Positions 1 through 13,200 of a DNA stretch of 64,000 nucleotides are shown in pieces. The translations under genes and the position numbers were made by a program. How positions within the stretch are numbered: the stretch's first letter is position 1; the number at the start of each line of letters is the position of its first letter. The DNA lies in NCBI GenBank assembly GCA_046563655.1, contig CM102288.1, positions 3,038,001 to 3,102,000 of the forward strand. Reading direction: 5' to 3'. The stretch comes from Yuukianura sp. NJ FZ-2021. Taxonomy: Eukaryota. The notes below the pieces were generated by a model. It did no database searches. It was given only the letters and a program-made list of their open reading frames with translations, and had not been told where the DNA came from.

Positions 1-52
1 GTCACGACCGTAACATTAAAAACATTATGTCTTTCAACTTTTCGTCGCTCAC

Positions 53-3000
53 CGGTCCTATATTGAAGGGCGAATTGCCATCTCTAATAAGCTCAGGCGG
101 AATGGAATCACTAATTCCTGGAACTAAATCCTTGCTTGCACTCGTCTTATAGTTTATGAGGGTATCACGGTCATAAACTATTCTACCCTTCTTGACTGGT
201 TCTCCTGATTCATCACTCTCCATATCTCCTACAAAAAGATATCCATTAATCGTAACATATTTAATTAACATCTGTGTATAAAGTAATAAAATATAACAAG
301 TTTTCACTAACCTTCATGCAATTCACCTTCTTCTATGTCGTCGTCTCCCATTCCTTCGTCAATCTCGTTTCCGCCATTGGTAAAAATAGGTTCAATTTGA
401 GCAGAATCAACGGCCGTAATCTTCAACTCCTCCAGTCCTTTTTCCACTTTGCTAATTTCATCTTCCGTTTTCAGTTCTGAGTTGGTTGGAGGAGGTCGGA
501 TCTCTTCTGTCTTAACGACAGGGACTTCTGGGACAGGCACTGATGGTTCAGTTTCACTGTCAATGGAAATAGGAGAAGGCTCTCCGGACTGCTCACTAAC
601 AACCTCTGGAATCTTTTCTGGAGTACGCTCAATGTATTTCTCAATTGGTTCTGGAGAAATTGAAGCCATTGAAAGATCCTGGAAAAACAAAAAACAAAAC
701 TAAAAACTCTTCCTCCACTTTTCTCAAAAACTGCTTTTTTTTTCAAAATTCTCTTACCAAAAACTGATCTCCTCTCCCACCACTCTGTGGCGTGGATACA
801 ACATTGTCTGTATTGTTCATTTCCTCTTCAGTCGTTATCGATAGGAGTGAAGTTTCTTCGGCCTGTTTACTCACTGCCGCCTCGTGACCAAGGTCAGAGG
901 TGACAATGGGGGGCTGTAGAGGCTCAGTCTCAGCTTCAAGGTCAGGGACGGAGCCCCCTTGGGGTTCACCTCCAATCGGCTGCTGTTCCTTTGGAAGTTG
1001 TGACGGAAGACTCGTCGATGTGTCCAGTTTCTCTGGTTCACCCATGGTGGTGGGTTCTTGGGAAATATTGGTAGGTGGAACTTGGGGGTGGGTGAAGGCA
1101 GGCGGGGCAGAGGCGGCGACAGTCACTGGTGTCTCCAAGGCAACAGTTGCAATAGCGGGAGTTTTTGGATGTAACGGTGCTGGAGGATGTCCAGTCACTG
1201 TGTGGGCGTCAGGGGTGCTATGCGATCGACCTACGAAAAGAACAAAAAACAAACATTAGTATTCATGAAGCTTAGCAAATTCGTAGTTTCGACGTTTCTT
1301 CAAAAACGTTTTCAAAATTCCTAAAATCAGTTCCTCCAGTCGCTCAATTTCAAAAATCCCACACAAGTTATCAATTCTTAACAAAAACACTTTTAACTTT
1401 CCACAAAAAAACTTTACCTTTGCCCCACTTATCTCTAGGCCTTCCCCTAGCATGAGGCATTTCGTTATTCCTCGAAACTCTCAAAATTTTAAAAACTCCA
1501 CTTCACAGTTACTTTTTACACCAAAAACCGCTACTCTAAAACCCAAAACTTTACTTCAAAAAATTTCAAATTCAAAACCGAAAAACTATTTTTTGAGCAA
1601 TCAAAATTCAAAGTGCGACGTCTTCTGAATCATGCTTTCCCTTTTGAATCTTATTTTTAGCCCCCTCTTCCTCTTCTCTATTTTTATCCTTAACCAAATC
1701 CATCCAAGAATTCAAAGCACTCCGTTCAAAATACACCACTGACTAAAAAACTAAAACCGAAAAGATGCAAGTAGTGGGATATTCCCCGAAAAAAAACTTT
1801 TCAAAAAAAGTTCTTACTAACCCTGATTATTCCAAACAGCATAACACTTTTTGAATCATTTCAAAAAACTCTAAAATTTCGTCTCCTCCAGTACTTTTAA
1901 ATATGTCTCACCCCTCTTCTCCTTTCCACTCTTCTGACCCATGATTAGTACTTGTACTTGCAAGCAGGTTTCAAAAAAATTAAAAAGTTATAATAAAAAC
2001 TAACCGGAACCACAAAAACCTCACTTCCTTATACACCACCACTCAATTGTCAAAGTCGATAACTGTAATTAATTAGTACTACGCTTTTCCCATTGACTAA
2101 AAGTTAAAAGTTGCTAAAGTTAAACGTTAGGCCACTTTTTAACAACCTAGTCTTAACTTTCTTTTTAATTAAAAGTAAGAGATTAATGGAAATATTAAGC
2201 ACCGGCAGTTTCTAATCTTCAACTAACTACTGCAATGTGCTTCACTGCTAATCCTCACTTCTCATCCATCAAGTATCCAAGTATCCTCATTGCATATTGG
2301 ATTAAAATGGCATGTGAGATGATCAGACAATGGACATGGACCATCCCAGGCTCTCGTGGGACACAAGATAACCTTATGATCACCACCTTGTACCACCCAT
2401 TCACAGATACGATTTGGACATCCATTGGCACAAGAGTCTCTTACCAATCTGGTCCAACCAAATAAATGTGCAGCTAGATCTCCTCTCTGCCCGTGGCCAT
2501 ATGACTCCTCACATCAAAATCCTATTTCCACATGTACATTGTAACAAAACAGGTCGGGGGAACTTTAAACCAGAAATTGCAGCAGAGCCAAATGCGTTAT
2601 TGCATAATGTGACATTTGGGATGCGGCAAGACGTCGTGGCCAACCAATGAGGGACTTTGAGGGATATGGGAGGCTACAGACTTACTTAAGCTGTGGTCAA
2701 TTCGCGATTAGCAGCAGCCTTTGGCCGGTCATAACTTCCTTATACTCAACATTCCTACTCTTAACGCGTCAAGGACGATTAACTTTCTTATTTACACAAA
2801 AACCGTAACCAAATGCTTCTGCGGAACCATTCTTCTAGTACTTGGTTTTTGTTTTTCAAAAAACCAAAAACAAACTAACCGTTAAAGATTAAACTTATGG
2901 ATTTTGGATTATGACTCATGCAGAAAGCAGAACTGACCGGCAAAATTCTAAAATTAGGAGAAATGTGACTCACTTGAAGTATCATCAGCAGCAGCAGTAA

Positions 3001-4540
3001 TCCGTTGAAAGAAATCTGATTTGGCTTTGTTTTTGCCTTGACCATCAGCTGGAGGAGCCACAGGGGCAACTGACTGTGGTTCATCATGAATCATCGCCGG
3101 TTGACTTTGACCGAAAGCCGGAGGGACTCCATCGTAAGCGTTTTGGTCATCATGTCCACCCTGTCCACCACCATGCATATTTATGTCTTCTGGAAGGCTA
3201 ACCGGCTCTGCTGTTGGTTGAGGAGAGGATGAAGGAGCACGGTCGGAACCAGCATTTGCATCAATCACGGCTTTACCTAAAGTCACAAATTAATTTAAAT
3301 TGTAGATTATTGAAATTATAGAATTATAGATTATAGATTATTGAAATTATAAAGTCATAGTCGGTATAGATTATACATTTCTGAAATTATAAAGTCATAG
3401 ATTGACAATGAACGTTATTAGATCTTCCAGGCGTAGAACTTTTACCTGTGGCGGGGTCAGTTATGAGCAGGATTCTCTTTTTCTTAGGGACGGGAAGTTC
3501 TCGTGGTTGTTCTTGTGCCGGCATGGAAGCATGCGTCACTAACCCTCCAGGGATCACGGCCGGTTGCATCAAAACACTCTGTGCTGGAGCAGGAGTCAAT
3601 TGAGGCTGATGTCCTTGAACTGCCACGGGATGGGCTGCATGTGACTGCTGAGTTGGTTGCTGCTGCACAGGCATTGCCGCTGGAACTCCGGCTCTCATAT
3701 AGGCCACGGCTGGCACTGGTTGTGCATGAGAAGGATGTGGTGGATAAAATGCCGGTTGGCCATGATGCATAGGATTCTGCGGCTGCTGTGATGCATTCTA
3801 ACATTAAAATTAAGTTGTGAATTAAATTAAAATTACAAACAATGGATCAAAAATGAAGGCAATTCAAAATTGCCTTCAAATTATCAAATTCAAAAGTGAA
3901 AGTGAAGTTTTTATAATTACCTGGTAGTAGTTAACTGCACTGGCATAGGCAGCAGCATTATAAGCATTTATCTGTTGCTGGGCCTGCGCATAGAGGTGCT
4001 GTTGCTGTTGAGGAGTAACATATTGTTGGCCTTGTGGATACTGCGGATTGTACGGAGTAGCAGGATAGGCTGCTGGATATCGAATCATTTGCCCTGGTGG
4101 TCCAGCACTTTGAATGATGTACGGCATTTGCTGTGGAAAAATGTAGCCAGAAGCAGCAGCCTGCTGCAAGTTCTGCGCTCGAATGGTCACATTTGTTCCA
4201 GGCTGATGCTGTGCTGCTTGGTTCTGAGTTGGTTGTTGTTGCTGATTTGGTTGATGAGTCGGATGTGGATGTCGTTGATGGTTGCCTGTACTTTGTCCAC
4301 CAGGTTGTCGCGGATAGTTTCCTCCACGGTTTCCACCGCTGCTGTATCTCTGCGGCTGCTGCATTCCGTGGGGTTGATCTCCCTGTAAACAACAATAAAG
4401 CAAAGTAAACGTTTACATATCTCTACAAATCCAGTGACAGATTTAGGTTCTTAGATTTAAGTTAATTATAAATCATAATGAAGCTGAATTACTAAATTTA
4501 CCTCCATTTGGGAGTGCGAGAGATAGTAGTCGCTATTCAT
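53..4540 (-). CDS. eIF4G: Eukaryotic translation initiation factor 4G, N-terminal portion (gene continues beyond the left edge)
   Basis: Spliced ORF from ATG 4540 (MNSDYYLSHSQME). Exons ~4540-4502, 4382-3921, ~3798-3446, 3276-~2969, ~1230-757, 678-312, 228-53, all with GT-AG boundaries. Q/P-rich N-terminus; KKKRILLITDPATG resembles the eIF4G PABP-binding segment; YDRDTLI (155-175) fits the YxxxxL-phi eIF4E-binding motif. Homologous to the MIF4G-containing gene at 10273-14766. Confidence 0.9.
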
Positions 4541-7500
4541 TTTTTAAAATTCCAAAGAATTCTACCACCATACACCAGCAGAAGAGCAGTGTCTCCCCCT
4601 CCCCCACTTCACCCTTCACAATCTCTACCAAAGAAAGATTCCTCATTTCATTTTTCGCAATAAATTAAAAATTTCATCCCAAATTATGAAATATTCACTG
4701 CAAATAACACAACGTGTTTGTTAGGAATAAAGCAAACTAAATTCTTAGAAAAAGAAAACTTGTTAAAAACAACGTTCGAGTGAACGTCGACGTCGTTCAA
4801 CAAAACAATCAAAGCACAATCGTCGTTAAAAGTGGACATAAAATTGGGAATCTTTTAAGAAAATTAGTCTTTTAGTTAGTACAATATTAGGCGGGAAATT
4901 GATTTGATTATACTATGAAGTAAGATATTGGACAAGGAAATCCTGTATTTGTTGGTCGTGTAAGGTTAACGTCAAGCTACCGCCCATCAATCACAGACGT
5001 CGTAAATACTTGCACAATGAACAGTTAAAAGGAGCTAACGGTAAGGTTAGGTAATCCCCGAAATGCTGCCAGTATCAACTTACGGTACGCGGGATGTTAC
5101 TTTGTCACGTCAGATGTTGTCGAAATACTGTCCAAGTTCAACTTAATTCCTCCAACAACTGTCGACTTCGTTCAATGAATGTTCCAAAAGCGAGTAGAAA
5201 TACTACAAGGCCTGAAGATTTGTTCCATGTTTCTTAGCAAGTATTCCAACTTGCTAGTATACTTAAAGACATTACTTCCTCCTCCTTTGGTATTGTCGGC
5301 TTCCAGGCTGTAAATACAAATCAAAAAGTCAAAATTACTAACGGTACTTTCATAATAACTCAACTTACAATCTCTAAGTATGTCAACTACTGACATACTT
5401 GGTCACTAAATATGTTGCAGTTGCACCAAAACTTACAACTCCTCAAAACATGACTCATTTTCACTTATCTAGAACGAACTGCTGACCCAAACACCGTTAC
5501 CCACTAAAATAATACTTCCGGATAATGGATCAGCAGTTCTCTATCTCTAAACTGTCAATTTAAGCTAAAAGTTAATTGCGAAATACATACCCGGAGGGGC
5601 TGGTGCCGTGTGGTTGTCCACTTCCGTTTTCCAACCTACCCTACCTTTCGGCGACCTAACCTACCTTACCGTAAGTTAACTCCTAACTTGTCACTATCGA
5701 TTTCTACTTGAATGTAACCTAATTCGCAAAGTATGTAAACTAATTAACTTGATGGGTAATTAACTCAATTAAGTTGAGAAAGTAGTGTAAAAGTAAAAGG
5801 AACCACACACGAGAGAGGTGAGTGTAAAACAGAAGGGTATTTTTGCTCTTCTTTTTCAATTCTCATTTGAAAAGAGGGGAAAAAGGGGCAGCACATTTGC
5901 CATAAATAAAGAGCAGCGCAAGCAAGGAGCTGCGAAGAGCAGCAGCGGCGTCTGAGTATGACGAGAATTCGGCAAAAATAACACGAGATTCCGCATGCTG
6001 CCGGCAGGTGGGTCTCCCTCCTTGTCAAAAAATAAGTGGGGTCGGCCTAATCGTCGTCGGGGGACGGACGAAGGGGGAGGAGGCAGCAAGGGCCAGCATG
6101 AACTGCAATACTCAACGAGCGGCCGATACGTCAAGAAGTCAATGACCTTCGCGGTCAACTGCGGTTGCTTTTGTATGACGTAGCGTCTGCTCGCTGCAGC
6201 ATTTCTTTGTATGTCGTAAAACCGAAGCGATGCCGCTCCGATTTTTCGGGGTTTAGCATTATAAGGTCCTGCCGGCGGCCGATACTTTTTAGATGCGTGA
6301 ATCTCGTGTCTTTTGGCTTGAATTGTCAAAATCAGGGCCCCTTGGGACTTGGAATGCTTGCTGGTCCCTTTCCCCCGTGCCAATACCAGTATCATAGCCA
6401 AAGATAGAATCTGCATTGAAGCCTAAAATACTTGAGACACGTGGGAAGTCATAATGTAAACCAGGGAAAGAATAGTCTGAAAGAAATGATAGGTTATGTG
6501 TACCTCTTTTTCTTGATTTGTCGTATTTCATGCAGTGCAAATTGATGTTGTGTAGAAGCATATGGGTAGATATGCGTAAGGTGGTATGCGCTGAATGATA
6601 GTCGGGTGACGTGAGGCGAAGAAAGTAATTTGGCAAAGTCACTCGTAGTCGTACACGAAGAAGATTTTTCACAGTCAGCCGAATTCTTCCCGCAAAATTT
6701 TCAATGTCCTGTCCCCGTCATCAGTAGGTGAACCACTTGATTCTTGAATCGAATAGTCATACGAGTTTTCACAGAACAGCAGATTAACAGTCTCTTTCGA
6801 TCTCAAGTGTTTAATGTGAGTGGAGACAAACCTAAGCAAAAGATGGAAAATTAATTAACTCCAGTGTTTTCCGACAACGAGCGGTAATAAATTCTCGTAA
6901 TTAGAAACTACTCGACTTATAGAGTTCATAGCAGTACTTACCTTATTTATTTGCCTTTCAGGCCAAGGAACCAAACTTACGTACTGGACTACTGAAGTGA
7001 AGAGAACGACACTACTACGCGATCAGTAGAACGATGATGTCGGAAGACTCGACTTCCGTCGATCCTGGTAAGTGTACGTAACCTCAAGTACGTCAGCTGA
7101 ATCGGATCACCTGATCCGATGATGATTACGTCAACGTAACGTTTGCGATACGGTCAATGTCAAGTTTTAAACGAGCAAGCGGCATGGCAGTGTCTCCTTC
7201 AAGTTGAAGAGAAAACTGACGACTGAGGTCAACGTACTGCGTAGACGGCATAAATGTAACTGCGGCTTTTGTGAACAAGGAGCGCGAGCGGCAAAGTACA
7301 CGAAAAGGGGAGGGAAAAGGAGGGCATTTTCAATTTTGAAAATGACAGCAGAAGATGAGCGTCATTTTTTAGCCAATCACAACGCTTTTACCACGCGACT
7401 TTTTTAAGCCAATTCTACTAGTATTGAAGAAGGCCGCTTGGCGCCTTATTTAAATTTTCAAATTTTGGAATACCTTTGTTTACATTACAAAAATTATAAT

Positions 7501-7626
7501 CAGCTGACTGATCAGGAGGATCAGATAAGAAAAGATTAATTGAATGATTGGTTTTTAATTAATTGACGTTTAGTTAATTAATTGGGTCTGCTTGTTGTTG
7601 AATTCAGTGGAGTGGATTTACTGACA

Positions 7627-8348
7627 ATGTTTTCTGTTCCAGCCAACGAACCAAATGTTGTGACCAAGTTCTTTCGATCGATATCGGTCCGGTACCAGTC
7701 ACTGCTAGACCACTGGACGCCGCATGTCAGGTCACGCTGGGTCTTCGCCGTCGTGCTGATTCTGATCTTCGTTATTCGTATTCTTATTGCTCAGGTAAGG
7801 CATTGATGAAGATACTTGCAACAACTACGTGATGATGAAGGAATGCTGGGAAGTTGTTTGATTTTCATGTTATTGCAGGGTTGGTACATCGTTACATACG
7901 CTCTGGGAATTTATCATCTGAACCTCTTTATTGCCTTCCTTACACCAAAAATTGATCCTGCTCTGGATTACGAAGGTAAATTGGCCTCCTATTCGCAAAA
8001 TTTAGAAATCTAAATGATGCTGTTGCTAACTGTGTTCATTTGTGTAACTTTCTAGACGATGGACTTGGTCTCCCAACACATACATCACGGGAATTCCGCC
8101 CGTTCATTCGTCGACTTCCCGAGTTCAAGTTTTGGTTGGGCATTGTGAAGTCTACGCTAATCGGACTCTTCTGTACTATGTTCGACTGCTTCAATGTTCC
8201 CGTCTTCTGGCCCATTCTAGTTATGTACTTCATCACTCTCTTCTGCATAACAATGAAGAGGCAAATTCGTCACATGATAAAATACAAGTACATTCCGTTT
8301 ACACACGGAAAACCCAAGTATCAACAGGCCCCGACCCTAGGAACATGA
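7627..8348 (+). CDS. RER1: Protein RER1 (Golgi-to-ER retrieval receptor)
   Basis: Three exons ~7627-7794, 7879-7975, 8055-8348. Hallmark Rer1 strings [75 protein letters not shown]. Confidence 0.97.
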
Positions 8349-8814
8349 ATTAAGTCAAGAATTCAAGAGGAAACACTTAAGTCCCCCTTCGAGCTGGTCC
8401 TCAATTTAACATCTAATTTATTCATTAATCACCAAAACATGTATAAGCCAATCCTATTCGATCCAAATAATTTAGCCTGTTGATTTACAATCCAACGATG
8501 GAGTATAGCATACGAAACGAAGAGTGGAATTTATGTAAACATAAGTACTATAATTTAGCACTTTAATTTTTGGTTCAGTACTAAGAGAAGTTCTTTTCAT
8601 CGTCATTTTGACACTTACGGAAGATTTTGAATTTAGCTAAATTAGTGATTTTCTTAATTCCATAGTTTTTGTTTTTGTTTCTTGCTAAAATGGAATAAAA
8701 ATCAGACTTTATGAATTAACTTGTTTTAGGCGTCAATTTGTTACAAAGGACGGGAAAAGTACATGTCCGACAAATCATTACAGTAGGTCTAATATTTGAA
8801 GCTGAACAATTCAT

Positions 8815-10200
8815 AATTTTGTCTTCGGTCAATTGAATTTGCAAATTTTCTTGGTACCCAGTTATTACCACGAGGCTCAATAGTTCAGGAAAAACGAGGC
8901 GTGAGAATTGAAAATTGTAATGGATTGATAACTCACAGTGTTGGTGGATAGTGGATATTAACTTTTTCGGCATTTCATCCACGGCTGGATATGCAGTGGA
9001 AGAAATGGAGGAAATGGATGAATTAGGGGCGGAGCTTTGCCCGCGGGGTTTTAATTAATTAAAATAGAAAAGGCTTAAACAATTCAAAATACCGTACAAA
9101 AACGAAGGAAATATCGTTTTTGTATGGCTTTTAAATGAATAATTAATTTTAACGATAAAAGAAACTCTTTTTGCTTTTATTTTGTAATTTTAAATTTGAA
9201 TTTTTTCTTGGTCTTTCGTCTCATCGATTCCTCGTCCAGGTTTTCAAGCATCTTTCGCTCTGTGTAGAATGATCGGTTTCGTTTGAATTGTGACTGGAGG
9301 TCGATTTCCTCCTGGAGGTTGCGGTGGAATTTGAAATGGACCTCGCATAGGTTCCCAGCCTGGTCCTCCCATAGCTCGCATTCGAGACCGCGGAGGCTGC
9401 AATGACAAAAGAACATTGCCAAAAATTCAATTTCTTCTTCAATTTTTTTCACTTGCCCGTCGTATGTTGTAAGACGAATTGCCATCTCTAATAAGCTCAG
9501 GAGGAATGGAATCAAGAATTCTTTTATCTAACTTGCATGCACTCGTCTTGTAGTTTATGAGTGTGTCACGGTCATAAACTATTCGCTTCTTGACTGGTTC
9601 TGGTTCTCCGGATTCATCACTCTCCATATCTCCTACAAAAAGATATCCATTAATGTAACATATTTAATTAAATAACATACTTATATAATAATAAAATACC
9701 AACTATAAAAAAAGCGGTTTTGCTCACCTTCATCATAGCATTCATCGTCTTCCATATCTTCATAGCCCATTCCGTCGTCAATCTCATTTCCGCCATTGGT
9801 AAAAAAACGTTCAATTTGAGCACATTGAGCAGACAGTTTCATTTTGGCCGTAATCTTCAAGTTCAACTCCTCCAGTTCTTTTTCCACTTTGCTAATTTCA
9901 TCTTCCGTTTTCAGTTCTGAGTTGGTTGGAGGAGGTCGGATCTCTTCTGTCTTCACGAATGGGACTTCTGGGACAGGCACTGATGGTTCAGTTTCACTCT
10001 CATTGGAAATAGGAGAAGGCTCTCCGGACTGGGCACTAACAACCTCTGGAATCTTTTCTGGAGTACGCTCAATGTATTTCTCAATTGGTTCTGGAGAAAT
10101 TGAAGCCATTGAAAGATCCTGGAATCAAAAAATAAAAATAAAATAATAACCTCATTCTCCAATTCAAATTTAAAATTCGAAATTTTCACTCTTACCAAAA
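8815..10200 (-). pseudogene. Partial eIF4G duplicate (third unit): eIF4E-binding exons plus a pre-MIF4G exon with a stop; pseudogene or truncated 4E-binding protein
   Basis: ~10118-9728 and 9632-9457 are close copies of eIF4G exons 678-312 and 228-53 (YDRDTLI retained at 9556-9576). After a putative GC-AG intron (9456-9397) comes PPRSRMR...IILHRAKDA*KPG, with TGA at 9246-9244 in place of the conserved W of the eIF4G AWKP motif. A frameshifted remnant IEPRGNNWVPRK...PKTK lies at ~8815-8885. Confidence 0.8.
8936..9170 (+). mobile_element. Truncated copy of the hAT-type MITE found intact at 45016-45414
   Basis: Begins CAGTGTTGGTGGATA and shares CATTTCATCCACGGCTGGATATnCAGTGGAAGAAATGGAnGAAATGGATGAAT...GGGGCGGAGCTTTGCCCGC with ~45045-45120. 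No right TIR seen; right boundary approximate. Confidence 0.8.
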
Positions 10201-10272
10201 ACAAATCATTATCCAATCTTATCCTTTATTTATCTTATTCTTCTTCTAGTTAATTTTTCATAAGGTTAAGGT

Positions 10273-13200
10273 TTAAATGTTTACTTCAGTTGGAAGACGA
10301 TCGGCTCCTTGAGTCTTTTTATAAAGCCCTTGCACCACTGCTTCTGAAAATCTATGTTTCAGTTTCTCCAGCACTTTTGAAACAAGATTTGTCCAAGTAT
10401 CGCCAAGGTCCTCTTCGATTCCTTCGCCCAACCGGATCAACCAGCCCAAGTCTTCTTCGTCCACAAACACTTCCGTTAAGCACGTTGCCAAGTAGGACGT
10501 TGCCTATAAAAACAAATCAAAATCAAAACTTTCTTCGACACAATTTAGAAATTTTACAAACTGAACTTACGAGTGGAGCATCGATTTCAACATCAGGAAG
10601 TAGCAACAGGATTCCGTCTTTGTCTCTGTCTTTTAGTGACTGGATTACCTGCCACAAAAGTATTTCATTAGATTTTTGAAAAGTTCGAAAAAACTTATTT
10701 TTAGAAAACTTTGAATTACTTGAGCTTTGGTTATTTTGTCAGCTTTAATTAAACATTTAATGAGGCCTCCAGCAGTCTTTTCATCATCTTCCTTGCTCAT
10801 ATCGCAGACTCGTGTGCAGAGCTCATTTACAAAGTCCAGTCGTCGATCTCCTACAAAAACAGAAAAAGAAAAGTTTGAAAAAACACTTTTCCAAAAGATT
10901 TTTTTTTTAAACTCGAAATAGTACCTGGAAATCTCTTCTCTATCCAATCAAAGTCAACTTTCTTGACACTGCGAAACTCTTCAAAGATTTGCTTCACAGC
11001 GTCCTTGGGATCAAAATCTTTGATTTGTTCTGGCGGTTGTTGAGGAGTTGGTGGCGGTGTTTTTCTCGTCGTCATCGTCAATGGTGGAGGTACCCTTGGA
11101 CTTCCAGAATTACTGTCTTTCGTTGGAGTTTGTGGTCTTGAAGACTCCCGACTACTGTGTGATGATGGGCTTTTCGTTTGCGGAAGTGCTTGAACAATCG
11201 CATCACGGGAAGGAGGTGGCAGTGGACCATCAGAAGACTCGCGACCAGCACTGAAACGAGGTGGGAGTGAACTGCGTGGCGGATATCCTGATCCACCTCC
11301 TCTTGCAGATTGCATTCCCCAAGGACCACCGCCAGGAGCCAACTTCGGCAAGTCTCCACTACTGTCAGGCCCAGTCTTCTTGGGAGCAGCGAAGAGAGAG
11401 TACTTTTTCGCTGAAACGCTCATCCATTCGTCAGTTTTCTTTGGAAGTGGGGGTCCACCTATTGGTCCACGAGGAGACGAAGCTGGAGGAAGACTCATCA
11501 ATTGCTTCTTCTCTTCTTGTTCCTCTCGAATTATCGCACGTCGAACTTCCTCTTTTGTCTTTGGCGCAGTTAAATCTCTCCTGGGTACCCAGCTACCGGC
11601 ACGAAGCTCAACCACTTCCTGTAATAATCAAAAATTCATGTTTCGAAGTTAAAAATTTAAAGAAAACGAGTAATTTCCGACTAAACTAACGAGTAAGGCA
11701 AATCTGATTCTGGAAGAATAGGTCCTGTCGTCACTGAGGGCTCTGAGTTTAGTAAACGTATTGTTCATGAAGTTTGGATCTGGCATCCATTTTGATGGTG
11801 GAGTTCTCTTGATCTTCATGGTTTCTATCACTTGAGCAATATTCTCTTCCAGCCTCTGTCCAACAGTTGTCAGGAGCTTGCATAGACACTCCACGCTCTC
11901 CTCGTCGCCACTAGAAATTAACATATTGACACACTCGATCATGATCTTTGGAGTCAACATTTGAAGTTTAAATAGTTCTCCGATAAATCGCACATTCGCT
12001 GTGCTACGCCATTTAGCGAGGAATCTGGAAAAAGAAACGAACAGCATTCAAAAATTTCAGAAGGGGTAGGCGAACGTCGTTCATTGTTTAAATCACCTTT
12101 TCTCTTCAATTTCTAATTTGATAGCTAATTTTTGGTTGTATTGGACTTCTGTTTCCAATTTTTCCTGTAGTATTTCCACTTCCTCTTCGATTGAGCTTTT
12201 TTCCTGAAATTCCTTACGACATTGGTCCGTAATCTTCTTTCGGAAAATCTTGGAATTGGCAACGGGCGCTTTACTATGAACTCTGTGAACCTGAAAACCA
12301 ATTTGGATAAATGAATCAAAAGTGAACTTGCAAACGTAGAGTAACATTTCGCAAAACAACAATTTACAATTTTTGCGTATATAGCCGAGAAGGACGGATC
12401 GTTCATGACTTGTTCAAAAACCACAGAAATTACAGCACCAATTCTTCCAGCCGTTACTTCTTCAGCCTCTGCCCTCTCCGTGTCCGCATCACTTCGATTC
12501 TCAGGTTTCTTGACCTCCTCTTCTAGCATAAGAAACTTTTCCAGCTAAACAAAAAAGTCTAATTGAATTCTGAGTTTAAAACAGAAGAGCACACAAAGAA
12601 AAGAACCATCTTAAAAAACACTCAAAAATGAAAGCTACTTACCAACCTGTCCAAGTTCGCTAGATTCTTCGCTAATTTGTTCAGAATTCGCTGAGCACTC
12701 TTCTTCATCTCCTACTCAGACAAAACAAAAATTTTAAGTGACTCCATACAAAATAACAAAAATAAAGATTTTTAACAACCTCGATGAGAATCTGCTCTTC
12801 TTTTATCGTGTCATAAATATTGATTCCCCTCTTCCAACGATCCTCTGCCTCGTGTAAAGTGTCCGGTCCTCTCTGAATTGTCACAGATCGATTCCCCTCT
12901 TGACGATCAGGTAGAACTTAAAATTATTTATTATAGAATTATAGATTATTATGTGTGTATATCTTGCTCTGGTGTAGAACTTTTACCTGTGGCGGTTGAA
13001 GGTTCATCATCAGCAACAGTAAGCCGTTGAAAGAAGTCTGCTTTGGCTTTGTTTTTGCCTTGACCATCAGCTGGAGGAGCCATTGGGGATGCTGTCCCAG
13101 GGGTAGAACTTTTACCTGTGGCGGTTGAAGGTTCATCAGCAGCAACAGTAATCCGTTGAAAAAAGTCTGCTTTGGCTTTGTTTTTGCCTTGACCATCAGC

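Noticed and set aside
2235..2650. Short ORFs within the long eIF4G intron
   Set aside because: No recognisable protein and no splice sites linking them in frame to flanking exons.
3295..3395. ATTATA(G/A)-rich runs, also at ~34755-34830, ~50685-50745 and ~60945-60985
   Set aside because: Low-complexity AT-rich intronic slippage repeats without defined ends or TSDs.
5765..6672. Overlapping ORFs of 87-186 aa upstream of eIF4G
   Set aside because: No recognisable domain or consistent exon structure; more simply explained as GC-richer leader/promoter sequence. A homology search could overturn this.
7020..7140. Possible C/D-box snoRNA (GATGATG...CTGA motifs)
   Set aside because: Boxes are imperfect or in the wrong order, and no terminal stem or guide sequence could be identified by eye.
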